Assembly: GCF_000150275.1 (NCBI RefSeq)
Contig: NW_002060947.1
Coordinates: 5,433,229 to 5,497,228 of the forward strand
DNA: 64,000 nt
Direction: 5' to 3'
DNA from: Trichoplax adhaerens
Taxonomy: Eukaryota; Animalia; Placozoa
Shown here: positions 54,838 through 64,000 of the stretch, piece after piece
Position numbering within the stretch: position 1 is the first letter of the stretch
Layout: every line of letters begins with the position of its first letter
The notes under the pieces: model-generated
Seen by the model: only the letters and a program-made list of their open reading frames with translations
Databases searched by the model: none
What the model was told of the DNA's origin: nothing
Translations under genes and position numbers: made by a program

Positions 54838-56666
54838 TGCCAGAATTAGGATAATACAAAGTTATCTTTACTTGTATAAAGATATCTGCAGTAGTAATAA
54901 GTTCTAAGTACAAATTTCAACGCAAATATGTGACAAATTTTATTTAGTGTTAATTTAATTGGACAGATTTATATTTGCTTAATGATTGCTTGTAAACTTT
55001 TTGTTCGTGACATTATTAATTATAATAAGACCACTATTACCCTGATTTTTTGTATATGCCGCGCAAAGACGGCGATAATTCTATTCATATCTGATATCAA
55101 ACATTATTAAAATTTATTGCTAACTGCTGGGTGAGATCCCTTTATAAAATTTTCTCTTAGTAATCATGATGGTAACACAAGATCAAAAATGAAAGCAAAG
55201 CATATATGATCTTTTATTTGAAATACTTGGCACCAGTGCAATCTTGTTTAAACGCAAAATTTTTATTTCGCAATACAGACAGATATTGAATACTAGATTA
55301 TTATGTATAGAATGGTCTAATATTTACTTATTGATTTGATAATTAACTTTTATAATTTGAAATCAATAATTAATCAGCTACTCATGATCTTTGTAAGTAA
55401 TCTTGTTTAGAATACCTGCATATATTACTTCAGATCTGTAGATTATTACATTTATATTAATATCAGAGGTTTCAAGGTATTTCTATATAAATTTCTCACC
55501 ACATAGGATATTTACTGTGTGCTAGTCAGCAATTGGGGAGTATTCGTATTTACTACCAAAAAAAGATGCGTGGTATCTATTAATAAATTGCGTATTACCT
55601 CCCTGCCTATATTAATGCAAATTAAAGTCTAATAAAAGGATCGAAAAGTTGCTTTCCTATGATCTACTTGATATTTCTGCTGGTGACGATAAAATCTATT
55701 ATTACTGATTTAAGTCTTGCTGTTACAAAGTAATCACAACCAGATAATATCGTTACACTGGTGGTGTTAGCTTATGACTTAAGAAGCGTTTAGTAATCGC
55801 CGTTGTAAACTGAAATTTTATTAAAATGCAACCGCAGGATACAAGTATCCGTGAACGCTACGTTACTGAACTTGAAAAATCATCACGAGAAGAACTTTAA
55901 TTTATTAGTAATAACTAACAGATTGTTACAACTTATCCATGCTTTAACATACAGGTACTTTCTAGATAGAACTAGAAATTCCAATCAGCTTAAATTGTCC
56001 AGGTATCTTTTAGGCAAATTACAAGACCGATTATAAATGATACTATCGTTAGTTAACAAGGCAGAGATGGCATTGCTTCTCCATCTTAGGTATATTACAT
56101 TTGGATTAATTGTAGTGGGTAGGAGGTAATGACTAGATATTATTTACGACGTTAGATGCCGCAAAAGTAAAGGAATGGTAAGTAAATGCCTAATGTCATT
56201 GTATGATATAATACTACTCTTTCAAGGGGAACAAACATCCACAGGAATCTAACGATCGATAGGCGAAATCTGTATATGTTTAATTTATAAATATTTCATA
56301 TTCAAATGCAGAATGTAACCACAAAGGATTGTAGACAAAACAGCAGTAGTGGAAAATTTAAAAACGTGAACTTGTAAATATTATAAAAATTAAAATCTTG
56401 ATTGGCTAGCATTAATACGTGCTATAAGCGTAAAATTAAGTGGTATACAGTAAAATAGTAGGAGTAATTTATTGATTTACAATTAAAAATGAGAAGCATT
56501 GTTCCGTAAAATTTACCAATCGTAATATTCTTCCTCTACAATAAGTATGAATTCAATATCGTGTAAGCGTTAATTCTATAATAAATGTTAAAAGAGTACA
56601 TTACAAATCATTTACGAATAGGCAGATTAGATACTACTTAAAAGGTTCTTCGGATTAGCTTATTTG

Positions 56667-58589
56667 CTATGAATTTATCAGACATCTGGTATCGTCTTCA
56701 ATATCAAGGGATTCATCAGCAGTAGAATCGACTAAAGCAATCTGTGCCATTGCAGCAATGGCTTCTAAAAATGGAATAGTAAATAGAAAGAATTAATAAA
56801 TGATTTCATCGCTATGAATTATACACCATTTCACGAATAAATAAATAAAATTAAAACGAAATTAAAAAAAATATCTTACCTTCTTTTCTGGATTCATTGG
56901 TAGTTTCTATATTACTACTCTCCATATTAGTAGATTTACTCCCAATAACGATAGGAAAATCGACGTGTAGATCCTTAGAGAATGGAATAATAGCAGCTAC
57001 CTAAAAGATTCATAAATAATAATTTATTAAATCTTGTAGCAAAAGATTAAGCTTCTTTATTGATATCAGTTCTCTACCTGAAATATATAGGTTACATTAA
57101 CATTTAATGCAAGTGATTGACTAGTAGGAGGAGTACTCGGAATAGGAATAGTCTGATTACTGCTTTCATAAGTCTGACAGGGAGAAATTTCATTTTTTGT
57201 ATATAACTCCTGTATAATTGTGCGTATAGTCTTGGTATGGCCTATCAATTCAAAAATATAGAATTTATTTCTAGCTGGTGGCTTTTATAAATTTGCTAAG
57301 ATATCAACAATCAATTTTAGATTAAACTGAAAGTTTTACCTTCTGCTGCTACAGCCAGACAGCCGATAAATCTTACTCGGAGACATGGAATGGTTCGATT
57401 GGACAAATTTTGGCATTTAATATCTAGTGAAATAGACTCCCCTGGGCGATAACCGCTCCGATCAATACTTGCATTTAGCTTAACGAGTCCAGGTCGAAAG
57501 CAGAAACAGCAGAATGATATATCATTTTGAAGTGGAGATGGTGATTGCTTATTAAGTAAAAAGAATTATAAACGTTAATTTTGGGATGATTTAGCGAGAC
57601 TGTGTTTAACATTTCCGATATCGTTATAGGCACTGTTGATGATATCATCCATAGGTATAATATATTTCCTTTTCGTGATTGAATTAAATATCAATATACA
57701 CGCAAGAGTCAGAAATATTAAAACATACGTATACAGTGTATAACATATGTGGATCACACAGTAGGATATAATGTGATGTCGGAGTTGCCTATTCATCTTC
57801 TATGGATACTTACTAGTAATGTTGGGCCAATATCAACCTGCTGGGTAACCTGAAAAGCCAATTCCTGCTGATGATCATCATTGGGAGGATTTTCTAAAAT
57901 TGCAACCATATTATAGCGGATATAGCAATCTTTACCACCTTCAAGTGAACTTGGAAGTGCAATATCGGTTGGTAATTGATAGCTAAACTTGAATTCATTT
58001 GAGCCTTCTGGTAGTGTTAAATTACTGATTCGAGGTTGGCTATCTTCTATGCAGGAGAACAGAAATAAATATTATATTCGATAGGCGCAATAATAACGAA
58101 TATTTATAATCAGACCCGCAGGGATACTAGCTTTAAACGAAGTAAATTTATGTTATTCTTAATAGACTCATTAAATATAGCTATATAGTAACTTGAGAAT
58201 TCACTTGTATAAAATTTGCAAAGTATTTTAAAATATTACTATTTAGTTCCTAATTTTTCTATCGAACGCTGTAAAATTAACTTATTGATGAAATTACATC
58301 TCTGCATTCCTTTCTTAATAGTAGTAATACCTTCACCCCAAATGGAAATTGTCGTATCTAAGTAGACTTGCACTTCTTTATAGATATAGGGCTTGCTTCT
58401 AACTGATATTCGAGATTGAACACCATCTGAAACTTGAGTACATGCAGTTCCGCGAAAACGAAGACGAATAGCTCTAGCATTCATCGTATTTCTCAATTGA
58501 ACTCTAATAGAACCTTCTATTACTTCACCAGGTGAATATTCTGCATGTTCTTTATCAAGAATAATTTGCAATTCGATATCTTGAGTCAT
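56667..58589 (-). CDS. Arrestin-domain-containing protein (alpha-arrestin/ARRDC family), 6 exons
   Basis: Exons about 58331-58589, 57814-58047, 57340-57547, 57078-57241, 56880-57000 and 56667-56764 splice in frame. Arrestin_N motifs YSPGEVIEGSI, IRLRFRG, LPEGSNEFKFSYQLP, LPSSLEGG..YIRY. Arrestin_C motifs CCFCF.PG.VKLNASIDRSGYRPGESI, IPSTPPT, PIVIG. Confidence 0.9.
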
Positions 58590-61500
58590 TTTGATTGATG
58601 ATTTCTATTAAGAAAAGAAATATTAGACATTACAGTCATGATTCTTCCATATAATTGTCATACCAACTATCTTAGAACAATATTAGCCAGTATTGGATAC
58701 AAGAATTAAGCAATAAACCATACAGAAGATCTCTTAAGCATGAATTTCAATGACTAATAATCTCTCTGGTTTGATTTATAGGACAAAAGCATAATTAATT
58801 CAACCCCATGGTACATTACTTTACCTTTATGCCATTATATTAAATGCCCTTCACTAGTTATAATCGGTGACAATATTACTAGATAGAAAGTGAATGTGTC
58901 CGTTTAAATTCAAAGGGTAATACAGAGTTTTTGCGGTGGATAGAATATTCGTATCTTGCCATAAATATGCATTTTAGCTTTTGCTAATATAAATACAAAT
59001 ATTCTCCCTGCGCTTATGGTGGTATACAGTACATGACCGATTATTTTCATATTTACGTATGTTCGATGTAAGATTATGGACTACTCCAGTATTAGTGATG
59101 TTTACAACCTCCTTAAGTGTAATCTAAGTGGATGATGGTTGCTTTAATACATAAACAACCTTAATTTAGGAATCGATAGACTAAAATAGTAGTTGTGAAC
59201 TAGTTTAATAACAGCAGTCAATCGTTTACCTTATTAATGTTAAAAACTGTAAGTACAACTACTAAATTTAGATGTAATGATTGAGGACTATAAGCTTTTA
59301 TAAAATTTTGAAACTGCATCCAAAAGTTTAGAAGATTTATTGCTAAAGCGAAAAATTGAGAAGATTGGAATATATTTGAAATTAGCGAGGACAGAGTACT
59401 GTATCGCAATTTAATTTACAGTTAGTTTAAGATTACCCTAACGACTGAGTAATATGTCAATTTTCAATAGCAGTTAGTTGCGGGAAACACATTCTCAGCA
59501 CAGGTTGCAAGCTAGGAATATTCCTAGCCTGTAACAAATCGTTATCAAATTTAGTAGTATATTTAAAATATGCAAAGAGCATAAGCTATCATTAATTTGA
59601 TATCTGTATTGTTATCGCAAGCTCATAACCATAGATTTTATGCATCTATCTAAAATTAATATCAACACTTACGTTAATATTACTACTAGAACTAAATCAG
59701 ATAGTAAGTGTATTTTTTCCCTAGGAAAGTGGTTAAGGCGTTACTGCAGATATATCGCTGATAAAATCCAAATCACAATCACGTTATAAGTAGATCCAAT
59801 TAACTGATATAATTGTTGCTTGAAATTTAAGTCGATCTATAATATAGTTTAATCACAGGTGTTAATTTTTTTTCGTATATCGAAACAATCTGAAGTAAGT
59901 TAAGCATAGTAGTAAATGTTGCTGCTTCTTATCTTACTGTCGATTCTCAACTGGTTATAACCTTAGCGAGCCTAATTTATAACAATAGCTGCGATACTAC
60001 CAAAATTCAAATTTAGCGCAATATATTTGCATCTTAAGATGGAAAGAAGGAGTAGGATAGTGCTAGATTACGCTATATTTTAATTTGATCTCGATCAAAC
60101 TAAAGCCAGAACAATAAATTTACTTTTAGACTAATAGCATACCTTTCGGATATATTAATTCAATTCGATTATTGACCAGTTTTGAAAGTTTTTAGATACG
60201 AAGACAGAGAGTAGCATTTAATTACCCCCTAAATTTTCCTTTAAGCCGGCTAGAAATGATGGGAAACCTTCAGTAAAGCGTTGTAGTTACCACTCCTTAG
60301 TCCCGGTAGGGAAACGCCAACAAAAGCCGTGATTTAATAAATCACGACTGTGGGTTAATGAGGCTTTTAACTATACACTTGTCAATATGTATTCTACGTA
60401 CAATGCTTAACTATTGTTCTCATAGGCTGTCTGTACATAACCCAAGGCCTCATTGCATGTAAAATTCAATTCGACTTAATCCGATCTATTGTCGAGGTAG
60501 TCAAAGGATTAGATATTGTCTTGACGAAATTTCCTTGAATTGACCCCTGCTACCTTTGAATATAGCTTTAATTGACTACCTTCAACGATTGTGCGTGTCC
60601 ATTCCATTTACCATAGTACATTGTTGTAAGCAGAATATGCAAATGACAATTATTAATAATATTATTCAGCGCCAGGAAAAAATAGTATGTTATGTATACG
60701 GTACAATAGCCCTATTAGTCAAAGTCGAATTCAATTAAAATGCTCCTGAACTTCAATGCGATCATTATGCGGTTTGATAAGGCGATGCTAATTAATATTA
60801 AGCATACGAATCTTCATAATAAGAAAGGTTTTCAGATGGAGTGCGTAACAATATAGTCATGACTTCTTTCAAGTATTATAAGAATTTTAGCGAGATATTA
60901 CTGTACTACTACTGCATTATATAGGAGTATTCATTAAATTCTGCATCAGTTAGCAATAAATATTTGTCTTATTTCTCTTAATAAGTTATAATATCCGTAT
61001 AGCTTTATTATTCAAACCTATATAGAGCTATCAGATAACTTTAAGCAGGCGAAAATAACTGTCTACTTAATTGATTAATGATGTCAGTGACTATGTTACT
61101 GTGTAAGGATTATCACATCCCATCCCTTGTAGAGAAGGTCGTGCTATTTGCATTCATCGAATAAATTACGAGAAAATGTGTTAAATGACATTTAAATAAA
61201 AAAAATATTTCTCACACGTATTAACAATTAGGCCACTGAAAAGTTCACCTTTATTTGACAGAGTACGCGTACATTTCGTAATGTTCTGTTACAGAAATTA
61301 GCTGATTCTTTACATGTAGTGTAAATAAAATAAAATAGATTTCATACCTTTATAACTTTATATACAAAAACAAAACTTTTGAATCTTCGTCAATATACTT
61401 ACCCAGTAGCGTATGAATACTGCAGCTATACTCGGTACACAGAAATTGCAAATATTAACACGATGATAGCCGACAAACTTAACTTAAACCTTATGGAGTT

Positions 61501-61656
61501 TCACAGTATGTCACATTAGAGTACTTCGTGAAGATCGCTATCAAGTATTCATTGCATGACAAAGCTGGCCGATTATGATGAATCTATACTGTACAGTACA
61601 ACGGAACCCAAATATTAATTATATATTATCAATCTTGCGGTTACATAGTGGCTTAT

Positions 61657-63609
61657 TTAAGCATTTGTATTAACTCTTCCCAATTTTTCTTGCACTAATT
61701 CCTTCGTTTCTCCAATCCTAGAATAAGTAAAGGTTAACATTATCTATCGACCAAATCAATCCTTGTACAATCGTATATCAATTTTTTATTTTATAACGTT
61801 AAGGATAATTCAAGCATCATTCCACTAGTGTGAGAATACAAGCATATTAATCCAAAAAATAGCATAACACTGATTTCAATTACAACCTATTGAGTCGATA
61901 AGCTATTCTTATTCTTGATAGCCATAACGATACAACAAAACTAAATGAACTTAACCGCAATACTTACTGTTGACGCAAACTACCTAGAATGCCATCAAGC
62001 GACTCTGAACTCTTTGAATATTCCTGATTGTGAAAAACATCAAGTTAGTAATCACTACTTATATCACGTTGGACCCTTGTAGAAATTGTCTTCTGTAAGT
62101 TATTAATTACTTTCTACCAAAATAGGGGTATAACGATGAAATAAGTAGTACACAACATACAGTCGTATCGAGTGGAGCCTGCTGGTAGCTGCTGTCACCG
62201 TAGTACATATCCGTTGAGGAATTTTCTTCAGTTGTCAAAAACAATCGATTATTGCTTTCCTGTGGTAATGCATACGAGTATAGTACAAATTGTAAGAGCA
62301 CTTCCGTTAAGGCAATACGTTTGTATATATTGCGACTGTACAAAGGAAGTCTAGTAATTTCTTACCTTGTGAAGTTCTTTCGCTAGTTCTTCAACAAGAC
62401 TTACACGATTCTCCAGCAAAAATAAGCGATTTGATAAAGTTTGCTCCAGATCATTATATTTCGCTTTCAGCGCTACTAACTCACTTCTTATATCACTGGT
62501 TGACTGCTGGATCTAGTTTCAATTACATGATGTTGAAACATTGCGCAGAGAAAGTTCCATTACTTAGCGCCTAAGATGAGAGTATCACCATTTAAATAAA
62601 TAAATATCAAGCGAAAGAAAATACCGTACATGTTCGTTGCAGAGATATGCAAAACGATCTGCTAGTAGTTGCGAAATTATAGAATTCTCATTTTCACCAG
62701 TTATCTCGTCAAATTTCAATGAATCGGTAATCGCCTTATCTTCTTCCGCTGTAACTTTTAATATTTCATCAGAATCATCGTTCTGTACGATTTCAATCTC
62801 AGAAACAGGGGTAAAGTTAGCCTTTGGATCTACAACGAAATAATATCCTTAAAGTTTTTCTCGAAGTAGTCATAAGAATTTCAAATAAAATTAGTTTAAT
62901 CAAGTTAGTATAAGAAAAATAGCATTTCTGAGAAGAAAACAATTAAAAAGTAAAAATCCTTAAGTTGATGTATAATAATGTCGCTAAAATGCATGCTAAA
63001 TTGATATTAATTATGACTTTGCTACCTTCAATTAAAACTCTTTCAATAAAGTGACTATTTCGATTTTGTCCATGAGTAACGAGTTCAGAATGTTCTCCAT
63101 CATCCACACATTGACGAATCACCTTAGGTTGAAGGGAAATGTTCACGACATCATCCAAAGCAATAGAATTATTGTTATAAGTTTGATGAAGCGGATTGTC
63201 TAATGGATATTCAGCATTAGCAGCTGTAATAATCTGACTACTGGACTCCTTTTGGGTCGATACAACATTGCCATCTTTACTTAAAGGCAAAGGAGCTGGT
63301 CTAATTTTAGCCTGACTTTCCAAGTGCGAATCACTCCGTTGTTTCAAAACAGGAACCCTGTAACCTTTTTCATTAACCTCTTTATCCACGATAGTTCCCT
63401 GAGGACGATCAAGCACTTTAGTTTGCCTGCTAACCAAATATACCAGATATAAACTTCGTCAAATAGAAGTTTTAATTTTAAAATTAAGTTTGTTATCCGT
63501 TTGCTTGCTAATAAATTCAAATTTTGCTGTAAACGGTTTTGGATACTAGCAAGATAAAACACAACCAAGGTTAGAATCAACTCACCTTTTGACGATCTTT
63601 TTTTGACAT
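61657..63609 (-). CDS. Uncharacterised protein with a C-terminal coiled coil; 5' end unresolved and possibly beyond the window
   Basis: Phase-compatible exons at about 63586-63609, 63027-63430, 62630-62829, 62366-62512 (IRSELVALKAKYNDLEQTLSNRLFLLENRVSLVEELAKELHK, heptad pattern), 62160-62260, 61968-62023 and 61657-61717 (ends ..VNTNA*). Family not recognised. Confidence 0.65.
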
Positions 63610-64000
63610 CTAGAAATTTCGATGAAATCACGTAAGATGAATAAAAAAATTCAATAATACATATTATCTTAGAAGCATAAGAATACCATAATATTAAACA
63701 GTCCTGTGGCAAGTTAAAGTTTGAAACTGTATTATCAAATTGGTCCTGTTATTCGTATCACATCAAATAGTTCGATATAAAACTTAACTTATCGAATGTA
63801 CACATGCAAAAATGATACGATCAATTTATTATTTCCTACACTACACCATATGGAGTACAGTACTATTAACATTCCATAGTTTTTTAGCATCGTATTAATC
63901 GGTAATATTTATATTTGTTTGCGACCATTAATAGGTAATTAAAACGATTAACTAACATTAAAGAGATAAAAGTATCTTTCACTCAATTAATAGCGCATAC

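Noticed and set aside
60328-60346. Palindrome cgtgattta-a-taaatcacg
   Set aside because: A single short dyad with no supporting context; plausible by chance.

Overview
This window is eukaryotic, AT-rich and intron-dense animal DNA, not prokaryotic, so most ORFs in the track are exon fragments or repeat artefacts. Short introns, abundant TACAG/CTGTA repeats and the gene set suggest a basal metazoan such as the placozoan Trichoplax (inference, not verified). Manual splicing gives, in order: the 5' part of an unknown minus-strand gene at the left edge; STK40 pseudokinase (+); QRSL1/GatA (-); a repeat-rich intergenic region; a ~19-kb LRR-containing rhodopsin-class GPCR (-); POP4/RPP29 (+); LARP1 (+); an alpha-arrestin (-); and an uncharacterised coiled-coil gene (-). 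The most striking structure is the GPCR ectodomain. It is built from about 46 single-LRR exons, all phase 2-2 and frame-neutral, interleaved with about 8 decayed LRR pseudo-exons. This looks like a cassette array under exon birth-and-death and could support combinatorial splicing. A minisatellite in POP4 intron 1 carries a frame-neutral candidate micro-exon in each unit. Two assembly gaps lie at 21312-21361 and 43205-43256.
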